Below, in pieces: positions 18,548-27,605 of a stretch of DNA of 64,000 bases. Made by a program: the position numbers and the translations under genes. Origin of the DNA: an uncultured Rhodobacterales bacterium. Lineage in GTDB: Bacteria; Pseudomonadota; Alphaproteobacteria; Rhodobacterales; CAZPXZ01. Where the stretch lies: contig CAZPIN010000089.1 of the NCBI GenBank assembly GCA_964586735.1, forward strand, positions 1,200-65,199. Reading direction: 5' to 3'. Each line of letters starts with the position of its first letter. Position 1 is the first letter of the stretch. Below the pieces are notes generated by a model. The model saw only the letters and a program-made list of their open reading frames with translations. It was not told the origin of the DNA and did no database searches.

Positions 18548-19549
18548 TCAGTACTTGAGGCTGCCGTCCTTCGGCAGGTACCGGTCGGTGTAGTACAGCG
18601 ACGCGTCCGGCGCCCTCTGCAGGTCCAAGTTGACCACCAGCTGCTTCAGGCTGCGTTCAAACCTCGCTGGATCGATGCTGCCGATTCCGTTGGCGCGGGT
18701 GTAGTCGGTAACCACGTTGGCCTCGATCGACATCTTGAGGCGGCGGGTCTCCAGTGCCAGATCGATGGCCGGATTGCGCTGCTGCACGCTTCTGGCGCCC
18801 GCCTCGGGATCGGCGATGACATCCTTCCAGCCTCTGGCGACGGCCCGGATGAAGCCGGTGACTGCATCGGGGTTGTCCCGGGCGAAGTCGGTGTTGACGA
18901 TGATCGCGTTGCCGTAGAGGTCCAGTCCGTGGTCAGCCATGAGCAGCACCGAGATGTCGCTCTCGGGCACGCCCAGCCTCACCAGGTTGAGGTAGCTCGA
19001 GAACCAGAAGCCGGTGATGGCATGCACATTGCCCTCGGCCAGAGACGGCTCGCGGGTGGGAAAGCCCACCGGCTCTATCGTGATCTTGCTGACGTCGAGT
19101 CCGTTGGCCTCGGCGAAGGCTTCAAACTGCGCCCAGGCACCGTCGGGCGGCGGCGCGCCCAGAATACGGCCTTCAAGGTCGGACGGCGCGCTGACGCCTA
19201 GCGAGTGGCGGCCGATGATGGCAAACGGCGGCTTGTCGTAGACCATCATGACCGCGGTAACGGGCGCACCGGGATTGGAGTCGAGAAATTTCACCAGACT
19301 GTTGATGTCGGCGAAGCCCACGGGAAAGGCTCCCGTGGCGACCTTGGGGATGGCGTCGAGCGATCCCTTGCCGGCGGAGATTTCCACGTCCAGGCCCTCG
19401 CGGGCGAAGTGGCCGTTGTCGATGGCGGCGAAGTACGCGGCGCTGGGGCCCTCGAACTTCCAGTCGAGAGCCATCGGCATCTTCATCTGGGCGTGGGCGG
19501 CGGAAAGCGGCAGGGCCAAGGCGGCGGCCGCGAAAAGGAGTTTGCGCAT
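18548..19549 (-). CDS. ABC transporter substrate-binding protein (NMT1/THI5-like)
   Basis: Signal peptide MRKLLFAAAALALPLSAAHA. Periplasmic-binding-protein length, directly upstream of its ATPase and permease on the same strand. Confidence 0.8.
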   Translation of the reverse strand: MRKLLFAAAALALPLSAAHAQMKMPMALDWKFEGPSAAYFAAIDNGHFAREGLDVEISAGKGSLDAIPKVATGAFPVGFADINSLVKFLDSNPGAPVTAVMMVYDKPPFAIIGRHSLGVSAPSDLEGRILGAPPPDGAWAQFEAFAEANGLDVSKITIEPVGFPTREPSLAEGNVHAITGFWFSSYLNLVRLGVPESDISVLLMADHGLDLYGNAIIVNTDFARDNPDAVTGFIRAVARGWKDVIADPEAGARSVQQRNPAIDLALETRRLKMSIEANVVTDYTRANGIGSIDPARFERSLKQLVVNLDLQRAPDASLYYTDRYLPKDGSLKY

Positions 19550-19701
19550 GGCGGGTCTCCATATGTGACCTGAGGGGATGGCTAGACTATCGCCGTACTT
19601 GCCGCTTCGCGCAACCCGTCGCTGACCGCCCCCTCAGCCGGGCCGCGGGAAACTGGCGATTGGGGTGTGGGAAGCGGGGCGCGCAGCGGGGAGACACGGA
19701 T

Positions 19702-20850
19702 ATGACCTGGACCGACATTGCAGCCCAAATCGGGCTGGATGGCCTTGCCTGGCAGCTGGCGCTGGCGGCGGCGCTGGCCCTGCTGGCCCCGGCGCTGCTG
19801 CGCCGTCCGCTCGCAAGCCTGGCGCTGTGGCCAGTGCGCGGCGTGCTGGCGCGCCTGACCCGCGCGTCCGACGAGAGTCTCCAGCGCGTGCTGCGCGACC
19901 CCCTGACGCTGGCGCCGGTGCTGGCGGGCCTGTGGGCGTCCGCGCGCATCCTTCGCCTCGAGGGCGACGGCGCCGATGTGGTGCGCCTTGTCGTGCTGTC
20001 ACTGGCGGTCGTCTCGGTGACCTGGATGCTGGCGCGGGCCGTGCAGGAGGTGGCCGACGCCAGCACGAAACTGCACGAAATGCTTGGCCGCGAGCTGGTC
20101 GACTGGGGCGCGCGGGCGCTCGTGATACTGGTGTGGATCATCGGCGCGGTGGCGGTGCTGGAGACCTGGGGCGTGCGCGTCGCCCCGCTTATCGCCAGCC
20201 TCGGCATCGTCGGCGTGGCCGTGGCCCTGGGGGCGCAGGACTTCTTCCGCAACCTCATATCCGGGCTGGTGGTGCTGTCGGAGAAACGCTACCGCATCGG
20301 CGACCGCATCCAGCTGGCCGGCGTGGTCGACGGCGGGGTCGAGGACATCGGCTTCCGCTCCACCCGGGTGCGGCTGTTCGACGGCGCGCCGGTGTCGGTG
20401 CCCAACGCCATGCTGGCGGACGGCGCCCTCGTCAACTACGGCGAGATTCCCTGGCGGCGAGTCCTGCTCCACATCGGTCTGGAGTATCGCACTACCGTCG
20501 GCCAGCTGCGCCAGGTGCGCGACCAGATCGCCGCCTATCTCGAGTCCAGCGGCGACTTCGTTACCGACGGCCAGGCGACTCTGGAGGTACGGGTTGACCG
20601 GTTCTCCGACTCCTCCATCGACGTCATGGTGTACGCCTTCGCCAACACCCGCGAGTGGGGACCATGGATAGCGGCCAAGGAGCGGCTGATGTTCAGGATT
20701 ATGGAGATCGTCGAGGAGACCGGCACCGGCTTCGCCTTCCCCAGCCGCTCCATCTACATGGAGCCTTCGACGCCGGCGGCGGCCCTTCCCCCGGCCTCGC
20801 CCTTCACGGCGGCGGCTCCAGCGGCGACGGCGGATTCGGCGCGGCCATGA
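19702..20850 (+). CDS. Mechanosensitive ion channel family protein (MscS-like)
   Basis: ATG at 19702 after GGAGA (the track ORF starts at 19660). Several TM helices, then the MscS core GAQDFFRNLISGLVVLSEKRYRIGDRIQL...GVEDIGFRSTRVRLFDGAPVSVPN. Confidence 0.8.
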   Translation: MTWTDIAAQIGLDGLAWQLALAAALALLAPALLRRPLASLALWPVRGVLARLTRASDESLQRVLRDPLTLAPVLAGLWASARILRLEGDGADVVRLVVLSLAVVSVTWMLARAVQEVADASTKLHEMLGRELVDWGARALVILVWIIGAVAVLETWGVRVAPLIASLGIVGVAVALGAQDFFRNLISGLVVLSEKRYRIGDRIQLAGVVDGGVEDIGFRSTRVRLFDGAPVSVPNAMLADGALVNYGEIPWRRVLLHIGLEYRTTVGQLRQVRDQIAAYLESSGDFVTDGQATLEVRVDRFSDSSIDVMVYAFANTREWGPWIAAKERLMFRIMEIVEETGTGFAFPSRSIYMEPSTPAAALPPASPFTAAAPAATADSARP

Positions 20851-21710
20851 CCCCGCGTATCATCAACCGCCTCGAGGAAGTGGCGGAGGGACGCGACGGA
20901 ATCCTCTGCGACGTCTGGGGGGTGTACCACAACGGCCGGGAGGTCCACCCGCCTGCCGCCGCCGCTCTGCGGCGGTTTCGCGACCGGGGCGGCACCGTCG
21001 TGATGCTGACCAACGCACCCAGCCCGCGCGAGATGGTGGCGGCGATGATCGACCGCCTTGGCGGCTCCGACGGCGACTACGACACCATCGTCACCTCGGG
21101 CGACGCGACGCGCGAAGCCCTGGCCAGCGGAGACTGGGGACGGCGCTGCCACTACATCGGCCCGGACCGCCATCTCGACGTCGTTGCGAGCGGCCATGTC
21201 GAGCGCGTCGGCATCGGCGAGGCGGAGTTCGTGCTGTGCGCGGGTCTCGTCGACGACTCCACGGAGACGCCCGACGACTACGCGGCCCTTCTGGCGCGAC
21301 TGCGGAAGGCGAACCTGCCCATGCTGTGCTCCAATCCCGACCTTCAAGTGGACCGGGGCAGCGACCGGGTCTACTGCGCCGGCGCCCTGGCGCTGGCCTA
21401 CGAGCGCATGGGCGGATCCGTCACCTACTACGGCAAGCCGCATCCACCGGTGTACCAGTCGGCGCTGCGGCGGCTTGCCGAGTCCGCCGGCCGCGACCTC
21501 GACCCCGGCCGGATCCTCGCCATCGGCGACGGCGTGCGCACCGACGTCAAGGGTGCCGCGGCGATGGGCATCGACTGCCTGTTCGTCACCGGCGGACTCG
21601 CCAGCCCCGAGGTGGGCCACCGCGACGGCCGCCCGGTCGAATCAGATCTCGCCGCATACCTGGAGCGCTGCGGCGCCCGGCCCATGGCGGCGATGTCCCG
21701 CCTGGCATGA
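20847..21710 (+). CDS. HAD-superfamily subfamily IIA hydrolase
   Basis: The ATG at 20847 overlaps the MscS stop (ATGA). Motif I is ILCDVWGV; YYGKPHPPVY and IGDGVRTDVKGA are also present. The track ORF extends spuriously upstream to 20655. Confidence 0.75.
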   Translation: MTPRIINRLEEVAEGRDGILCDVWGVYHNGREVHPPAAAALRRFRDRGGTVVMLTNAPSPREMVAAMIDRLGGSDGDYDTIVTSGDATREALASGDWGRRCHYIGPDRHLDVVASGHVERVGIGEAEFVLCAGLVDDSTETPDDYAALLARLRKANLPMLCSNPDLQVDRGSDRVYCAGALALAYERMGGSVTYYGKPHPPVYQSALRRLAESAGRDLDPGRILAIGDGVRTDVKGAAAMGIDCLFVTGGLASPEVGHRDGRPVESDLAAYLERCGARPMAAMSRLA

Positions 21711-21777
21711 GGCGGAGGCGTTTGCGCTTGCCACCGCCCTTGGCTACACAGCGCCAACCGCAAAGAAGGAGGCCCGC

Positions 21778-22203
21778 ATGGCCGACCAGCTGTATCTGGA
21801 AGACATGGAGCCGGGGCTGACCCGCAGTTTTTCGCGGGTCGTCGGCGACAAGGAGATCGAGCAGTTCGGCGCGCTCTCCGGCGACCGCAACCCCATCCAT
21901 TTCGACGACGCCTACGCCGCCGGCACGCGGTTCGGCGGGCGAATCGCCCACGGCATGCTGTGCGCTGCCTTCATCTCCAAGCTGCTGGGCATGCACCTGC
22001 CCGGCATCGGCGCGGTGTATCTGGGCCAGACCCTCAAGTTTCGCGCGCCAGTGCGGCCGGGCGACGAGGTGACGGTTACTGGCACGGTCCGCGAGGTGCA
22101 CCGCGACAGGGGTCGCGTCACCATTGACTGCGAGTGCCGGGTCGGCGACACGGTGGTGGTGGCAGGCGAGGCCACGGTGCTCGTGCCGTCGCGGTCCGCC
22201 TGA
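21778..22203 (+). CDS. MaoC-like (R)-specific enoyl-CoA hydratase/dehydratase
   Basis: ATG at 21778 after AGGAGG. Hot-dog-fold motif GDRNPIHFDDAYAAGTRFGGRIAHGML. 141 aa. Confidence 0.85.
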   Translation: MADQLYLEDMEPGLTRSFSRVVGDKEIEQFGALSGDRNPIHFDDAYAAGTRFGGRIAHGMLCAAFISKLLGMHLPGIGAVYLGQTLKFRAPVRPGDEVTVTGTVREVHRDRGRVTIDCECRVGDTVVVAGEATVLVPSRSA

Positions 22204-22225
22204 TCCGAAGAGGGCGCGGCGCGGC

Positions 22226-23170
22226 ATGCGCATCATCCGCGGCTGGGAGGCGGTCGAGGAAGCGGACCGCGGGGCGTACGCCGCCATCGGCAATTTCGAC
22301 GGCGTCCACCGGGGGCACCAGACCGTCATCGCCCAGGCCGGCGGGACGCGGGGCAAGCGCGCGGTGATTACCTTCGAGCCGCATCCGCGAAGCTACTTTG
22401 GACGCGGCGGTGACCCCTTCCAGCTGACCCCGTCTCCCGCCCGCGAGCGCCGCCTGGCCATGGCCGGTGTGGAGCTGCTGTTTCTGTTTCCCTTCGACGC
22501 TGCGCTGGCGGAGATGCCGGCGGAGAGGTTTGCCGCCGATATCCTTGGCGACCGACTGGGCCTGCGCGGAGTGACCGCCGGCTCGGATTTTCGCTTCGGC
22601 CACAAGCGGACCGGGGACCTGGCGCTGCTGCGCCGCGTGGGCGAGACGCGGGGCTACGAGGTGCGGGAGGTGGCGATGGCCGGCGACGGCGAGGCGTATT
22701 CCTCCTCCGCAATCCGCGCCGCGCTGCGCGTCGGCAATCCTGAAGAGGCTGCCAGGCAGCTGGGCCACTGGCACAGCATCGAGGGCACGGTGCAGCGCGG
22801 CGAGGGCCGCGGCGCCAAGGACCTTGGCATGCCCACCGCCAACCTGCCGCTGGGCGAGGCCCTGCGGCCCGCGCCGGGCGTCTACGCGGTGGAAGTCGAG
22901 GTGCTGGAGGGGGACGGAGCGGGGCGCCACGACGGAGTCGCCAGCCTCGGCTACAACCCGACCTTCGGTCTGGCCGAGATGCGTCTGGAGGCGCATCTGT
23001 TCGGCTTCGCGGGTGACCTGTACGGACGGCGGGTGGCGGTGGGCCTGCGGGCGCTGCTGCGCGATGAGCGGAAGTTCGACAGCCTCGACAGCCTTGCCGG
23101 GCAGATGCACCGCGACGCCGAGCAGTCGCGCGAGACCATCGCCCGCCAGCAGCTCCCCTGGGAGTCCTGA
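22226..23170 (+). CDS. ribF: Bifunctional riboflavin kinase / FMN adenylyltransferase
   Basis: ATG at 22226. GNFDGVHRGHQ motif, SSSAIR, and the C-terminal kinase region GRGAKDLGMPTANL...PTFG...EAHLF. Confidence 0.9.
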   Translation: MRIIRGWEAVEEADRGAYAAIGNFDGVHRGHQTVIAQAGGTRGKRAVITFEPHPRSYFGRGGDPFQLTPSPARERRLAMAGVELLFLFPFDAALAEMPAERFAADILGDRLGLRGVTAGSDFRFGHKRTGDLALLRRVGETRGYEVREVAMAGDGEAYSSSAIRAALRVGNPEEAARQLGHWHSIEGTVQRGEGRGAKDLGMPTANLPLGEALRPAPGVYAVEVEVLEGDGAGRHDGVASLGYNPTFGLAEMRLEAHLFGFAGDLYGRRVAVGLRALLRDERKFDSLDSLAGQMHRDAEQSRETIARQQLPWES

Positions 23171-23172
23171 CC

Positions 23173-23463
23173 ATGGCCGCCAAGCCCGGCTCTCCATCCA
23201 GCGGCAAAGGCGAGGACGAGCGGGCGCGGGACGCCCAGGCCGCTCTCGACGCGATGCGCCACGAGGCTGGCGGCACCCTGACGCCCGAGGAGCTGCGCGA
23301 ACGGCACGGCATCGAAGACCCCGGCGAAGAAGTGCCGCTCGACTGGCGGCTCACGCCGGCCAACGTCATCCTCCAGGTGCTGGCGGCGGCGGCGTTTCTG
23401 GCGGTGGTAGGGTTTCTTGGCTGGCTGGTGTGGGACGGCGTGCGGGCGATCTTCCTCCGGTAG
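23173..23463 (+). CDS. Small hypothetical membrane protein
   Basis: 96 aa. The ATG lies 2 nt after the ribF stop. Charged N-terminal half, then one C-terminal TM helix (VILQVLAAAAFLAVVGFLGWLVW). No recognisable family. Confidence 0.4.
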   Translation: MAAKPGSPSSGKGEDERARDAQAALDAMRHEAGGTLTPEELRERHGIEDPGEEVPLDWRLTPANVILQVLAAAAFLAVVGFLGWLVWDGVRAIFLR

Positions 23464-23695
23464 AACGGCCCCGACGCGGGACGGCCGCCAAGAGACGCAG
23501 CCCGCCGACTGCATCGAATCGCGACTGGCGATGGCGGTCTTGGGACGGTGGCCGCCCCGTGAATCCTGGGATTCTGGCGGTGCAAACGCCTTGCATCTAA
23601 AGCATCTATTACGTGGCGTGCAATTTTTCGAACCGCTGTTTGTATGCTAAATTTCCGCCCGATTTTGCCGAATTACGGGCGATCTAAGCGGCGAT

Positions 23696-23724
23696 TTGAC
23701 ACTTCGGGACGATGCTTCTAGTAT
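23696..23724 (+). promoter_or_regulatory. sigma70-like promoter candidate (TTGACA-N17-TAGTAT) upstream of the Rpn-type nuclease gene
   Basis: Consensus -35 TTGACA at 23696-23701 and TAGTAT at 23719-23724, ~55 nt upstream of the ATG at 23779, in an AT-richer intergenic stretch. Confidence 0.35.
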
Positions 23725-23778
23725 GCATCGTCGCATCCACAACAGCAACAGCCAAGGCATCCCATAGGGAGAATCAGC

Positions 23779-24789
23779 ATGTCCGTTCCGCCTCAACTTC
23801 AGGACACCACCTTTCACCTGATCGTTGCGCACCCTAAGTGCAGGGGCGAACTGATTCGCTTTATCCTGTCGGACGAGTGTCTGGAAGAAGTCGATACGAG
23901 CTACGAGCCTCGGCCCCTCAACCCACGCGTGGAGGGAGAGGACGGCTTACGAAGCGTAGGCGATGGCGACCTACTTCTGCGACTCAACACCAAGCGATTC
24001 GGCCTCGTTTCGTGTGAGGCAAAGTCCTACTTTGACTCTGATGCGGTGTGGCAGGCACTCTCCCACGGGCTGCGCCAGGCCCTTCACGTAGCGAGGCACG
24101 ATAAGGAAGCCTGCGGGCAGATACCGGGCCTCGTCGTCGCGCTGGTGATGCACGGAAAGGGGGCGAAGACCAAGATCAAGAGTCTGGCCGAGATTTCCAA
24201 CATGACCGGTGCGTGGAGGAAGGCAGTGGTGGATGTAGATCTAAAGTCGATACGGATCATCAACTGCTCCGACTTCTCCCGCGAAGACCTCAGCGACTAC
24301 CCCGAGGCTGGGGGATTGCTGCTTCTGCTGATTCTCAGCGACGGTCGCAAGATTGAGGGCGGAGACATCGACTATCTGGCCAGAGCCTGGGCCCTTTACC
24401 CAGATGACATGAGGTGGTATACTACCGCGTACGTCACCGACGAGCTGAGAGTGCATCGGCAACGATGGTGCTCTGAGCTGCTGAAGGTAGCCCGTCCAGA
24501 AGAGGTGGAGTTACACATGAACGGGGTCGAAGCGGTACAGGCCAACTCCGAGGCCAAGGGCTTGGCCAAGGGCTTGGCCAAAGGAAGGGCCGTGGGAGAG
24601 GCCAAGGGCTTGGCCAAGGCGTTTCTCACCATGGCGGAACAGCGGTTCCCTGATGTTCCCAAGCATCTCGCGGCCCGAGTGCGCCGTGCGCCAGCGAGGC
24701 GGATTCACGCTTGGGTCAAGCAGCTGCCAGATGCCCCTGACCTCGAGTCTTTGCTCAACGGAGGCATCAATGGCAAGCCTCGCAGCTAG
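23779..24789 (+). CDS. Rpn-family recombination-promoting nuclease / YhgA-like putative transposase (PD-(D/E)XK) with DUF4351-like C-terminus
   Basis: PD-(D/E)XK-like D...E-x-K (GDGDLLLRL...GLVSCEAKS). C-terminus: EAKGLAKGLAKGRAVGEAKGLAKAFLTMAEQRFPDVPKHLAARVRRAPARRIHAWVKQL, like the DUF4351 tails of Rpn proteins. Lies in an AT-richer islet. Confidence 0.65.
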   Translation: MSVPPQLQDTTFHLIVAHPKCRGELIRFILSDECLEEVDTSYEPRPLNPRVEGEDGLRSVGDGDLLLRLNTKRFGLVSCEAKSYFDSDAVWQALSHGLRQALHVARHDKEACGQIPGLVVALVMHGKGAKTKIKSLAEISNMTGAWRKAVVDVDLKSIRIINCSDFSREDLSDYPEAGGLLLLLILSDGRKIEGGDIDYLARAWALYPDDMRWYTTAYVTDELRVHRQRWCSELLKVARPEEVELHMNGVEAVQANSEAKGLAKGLAKGRAVGEAKGLAKAFLTMAEQRFPDVPKHLAARVRRAPARRIHAWVKQLPDAPDLESLLNGGINGKPRS

Positions 24790-24900
24790 CCTGGCTGACT
24801 GACGCGAGGCGATGTCGCCAGAGCCTTCCGCTTGCGGCGGAGCGCGGTTTCTGGAAAGATTGGAGACAGCCACAAACACACTTGTCGACCTTCGCGACGA

Positions 24901-25053
24901 TTGCTTGGCCAAGGGGAGGGCAGAGGTTTGCTCACAATCGCGGAACAGCGGTTAAATGAAGTTCCAGAGCACCTCGTGGCTCGCGTATACAACGCGTCAG
25001 CGAAGCGGATTCACGCGTGGGTCGAGGAAATGCAATATGCCTCTGACCTAGAG
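24901..25053 (+). pseudogene. Relic of a second DUF4351/Rpn C-terminus
   Basis: LLGQGEGRGLLTIAEQRLNEVPEHLVARVYNASAKRIHAWVEEMQYASDLE parallels the C-terminus of the adjacent Rpn protein. No nuclease domain lies upstream of it. Confidence 0.5.
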
Positions 25054-25302
25054 CCTCCTTACCGCTACATGCAGCGGCGTGAAACCATAAAAATCCATCG
25101 CTTCGAAGCTGGTGCCAAGGTCAATCAGCGTCAAGATCGCGTCTTTCGCATCGTTCATCATAGTTCATCGCCGCCCAATGCAGCGGGTAACGTTATCGTC
25201 GCCCTTCGATTCAATGCTTACCCTGAGTCGAGCAGAGCTTTGAGCGCGGCAGCCGCATTCCTCCTTGCCGCCCAATGCTGCGGACTGAATCCATTCCAGT
25301 CT

Positions 25303-25764
25303 TTAATCCATAAGCGGGCACCGACATTGAGTAAAGCGCGAATTGCGTCCATCGGAGTCGTCCGCTGTCACCCTATACACCGCGGTGAGACCATAATTTT
25401 CCGCAACTTCAAGTTTGGCACCCACTTCGAGTGGTACCTGAAGCATATTTATCCTGTTTTTCAATACCGCCAAATGCAGCGAAGTGTTACCGTCACTGTT
25501 TCTTGTCTCGATGTTGGCAGCAGAGTCGACCAGCGACCGAGCCGCATCCACGGCACCCCATCATGCCGCCCTCTGCAGCGAAGCATTGCACCCATAATCC
25601 CTTGCTTCAAGATATTCGCCCTCTTTGACCAATGTCAGTATCGCCTCTGCGTCATTTTTGCCGCTGCGGCATGAAGGGCTGATTCCTGAGCGTTTCCTAT
25701 GCATCGAAGCAAGAAGCATTGCGATTCCCGCGGCTGGAAGCGAGAGGAGCCCAGACCTCAGCAT
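25303..25764 (-). pseudogene. Ankyrin-repeat gene remnant interrupted by an in-frame TGA
   Basis: ORFs 25561-25764 and 25303-25551 are in the same frame, separated by a TGA at 25561-25563. ANK-like units are present (NDAEAILTLVKEGEYLEARDYGCNASLQRAA*WGAVDAARSLVDSAANIETRNSDGNTSLHLAVLKN). ANK-like text continues in other frames downstream. Confidence 0.5.
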
Positions 25765-26024
25765 CTTGGCTAAGCCGCCGTTTCAGCATGCGACAAAGAA
25801 GGTGCTGGCGATCATTCGGGATGGCATCGGAATACCAGTTGCAATGCGGTAGCCCAACGCACGAATCGGAACCTTGCCAGCGATATCGCCTGCCCCACCC
25901 GTATGCAAACTCCATGCACGATAGGCCAAGCACTCTAGCGGCACCCCATCAAGCAGGTTGACCTTTCCTTACCATTCTGGGTAATATGGCATCCCCACTG
26001 AAGAAGTATGGAGATATTCCATCC

Positions 26025-26618
26025 ATGACCCCCTTCAAGCTGCTTACGCGGCTGGCTGCCCTTGCAGTCACCGTGCTTCTGGCCTCATGCGGGAAGATGA
26101 TGACGGCGGCCGCCGTCGCTGCCACCGTGCTTTTGGCCTCCTGCGCAAACCTGATGACAACCCCAAAGACCTATCTGTTCGAGGTCACCAACGAGCTCTC
26201 TGACGAGTTTTTGGCGCCCATTCTCGTGGCGCCGCTTGCGCAGGACGGCATGATATTCGTTGGCTCCTATGTGTCGGACGAGGCTGAGGTACAGATTCTC
26301 ACGGGAGACCCCAGCCAGCTGGCGGATGCTATTGGTTACTGGGCCACGGTCGCGCACGGCAACGACGGCCCTCCGGGCATCCTACTGGCGTCGGGCAAGT
26401 CCCTGACCTTTCGCGTTGTCACCGACGCTCCCTCGGTACGGGTGCTGGCGATGGTTGCGCCAACCAAAGTACCCGACAACTACGTGTCTACCGTCGTCTC
26501 TCTAGGCGATTCCGTCAGCACGACACTGGACCGGTTTGACATAGGCCACAACGAGGGCACCCGGACAGTCTCTCGGGTGTCCACGGGCGTAGTCAGCCTC
26601 TCCGTTAGAGGGATGTAG
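26025..26618 (+). CDS. Hypothetical lipoprotein with a tandemly duplicated lipobox
   Basis: ATG at 26025 (MTPFKLLTRLAALAVTVLLASCGKMMTAAAVAATVLLASCANLMT). Two LLASC lipoboxes lie 15 codons apart. No family is recognisable for the mature part. Confidence 0.55.
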   Translation: MTPFKLLTRLAALAVTVLLASCGKMMTAAAVAATVLLASCANLMTTPKTYLFEVTNELSDEFLAPILVAPLAQDGMIFVGSYVSDEAEVQILTGDPSQLADAIGYWATVAHGNDGPPGILLASGKSLTFRVVTDAPSVRVLAMVAPTKVPDNYVSTVVSLGDSVSTTLDRFDIGHNEGTRTVSRVSTGVVSLSVRGM

Positions 26619-26678
26619 CTGTTATACAAGGGCTTCCGCCTTCGGGCGATCGCCCGGCCCCCGCCGCCTTCGGACGAC

Positions 26679-27605
26679 CTAGGACAGCAGGCTGCGCAGC
26701 AGAATCGCCTTTTGAATGTGGAGGCGGTTTTCCGCCTGGTCGAGGACTCGCGACTGACTGCCATCGATCACATCTGCCGCCACTTCTTGGCCACGGTAGG
26801 CCGGCATGCAGTGCAGGAAGATGGCGCCCGAAGCGGCGCGGGCCATTAGCTCTGCATCCACCTGGTATGCCCGAAACACCTCCTCGCCGCTTTCGCCGCC
26901 ACTGTCCATCGACCGCCACGTGTCGGTCATCACGCAATCGGCGTCCTGCCCTGCATCAGCCGCAGTGCTGAATAGCTCGATGCTGGCACCCGCTTCCCGC
27001 GCCCGTTCCAGGTCCTTGGAGTCAGGGCCTTGCTCCGGGGGGCAGGCTATGGCGAGATCGAAGGAAAACTTCCCTGACGCTTCGATAAACGAGCGCAGTA
27101 CGTTGTTGCCGTCGCCGCACCAGGCAAGCCGCTTCCCATCGATACCGCCGCAGTGCTCTTCAATAGTCAGAAGGTCTCCCAGCACCTGGCAGGGATGGGT
27201 ACGATCAGTCAGACCATTGATCACTGGTACGCTGGCCGCCTCGGCGAGCTCTTTCATTCTGGCATGGTGCCCCGTACGAATCATCACCGCGTCCACCATG
27301 CGCGAAAGCACTCGGGCGGTGTCGCCAATCTCCTCACCCCGCTGGAGATGCGTCTCCTGCGCGCTGAGCAAAAGAGTCGTGCCTCCGAGCTGGCGCATGG
27401 CTATGTCGAAGGAAACCCGGGTGCGCAGCGAAGGCCGCTCGAAGAGCATCGCCAGGATGCGCCCCTCGAGGCATGGATCTGGGTCGCGTTGGCCAGCGAA
27501 AAAACCGGCCCGGTCCCGCTTGCGGGCGCGGGCCACATCCAGCAGATCGCGCAGGCTGTCCGCGGCGACGCTGGCGATGTCGAGAAAGTGTACGGGCATC
27601 GTCAT
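26679..27605 (-). CDS. argF: Ornithine carbamoyltransferase
   Basis: SLRTR, HPCQ and DGNNV motifs, 308 aa. The start overlaps the argD stop by 4 nt. Confidence 0.9.
   Translation of the reverse strand: MTMPVHFLDIASVAADSLRDLLDVARARKRDRAGFFAGQRDPDPCLEGRILAMLFERPSLRTRVSFDIAMRQLGGTTLLLSAQETHLQRGEEIGDTARVLSRMVDAVMIRTGHHARMKELAEAASVPVINGLTDRTHPCQVLGDLLTIEEHCGGIDGKRLAWCGDGNNVLRSFIEASGKFSFDLAIACPPEQGPDSKDLERAREAGASIELFSTAADAGQDADCVMTDTWRSMDSGGESGEEVFRAYQVDAELMARAASGAIFLHCMPAYRGQEVAADVIDGSQSRVLDQAENRLHIQKAILLRSLLS

Noticed and set aside
19550-19701. Possible TPP (THI-box) riboswitch upstream of the NMT1/THI5-like binding-protein gene, and an 8-bp inverted repeat CTGAGGGG...CCCCTCAG (19570-19577 / 19630-19637).
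   Set aside because: The conserved THI-box core (CUGAGA ... ACCUGAUCUGGAUAAUGCCAGCG) is absent on either strand. The inverted repeat alone is not diagnostic. It sits in the divergent intergenic region shared with the MscS gene.
24832-25674. 280-aa plus-strand ORF spanning the AT-richer islet.
   Set aside because: Only residues ~24-74 resemble anything (the DUF4351 tail). The rest is antisense to the ankyrin-like remnant and has no motifs. It is reported instead as a short relic plus a minus-strand pseudogene.
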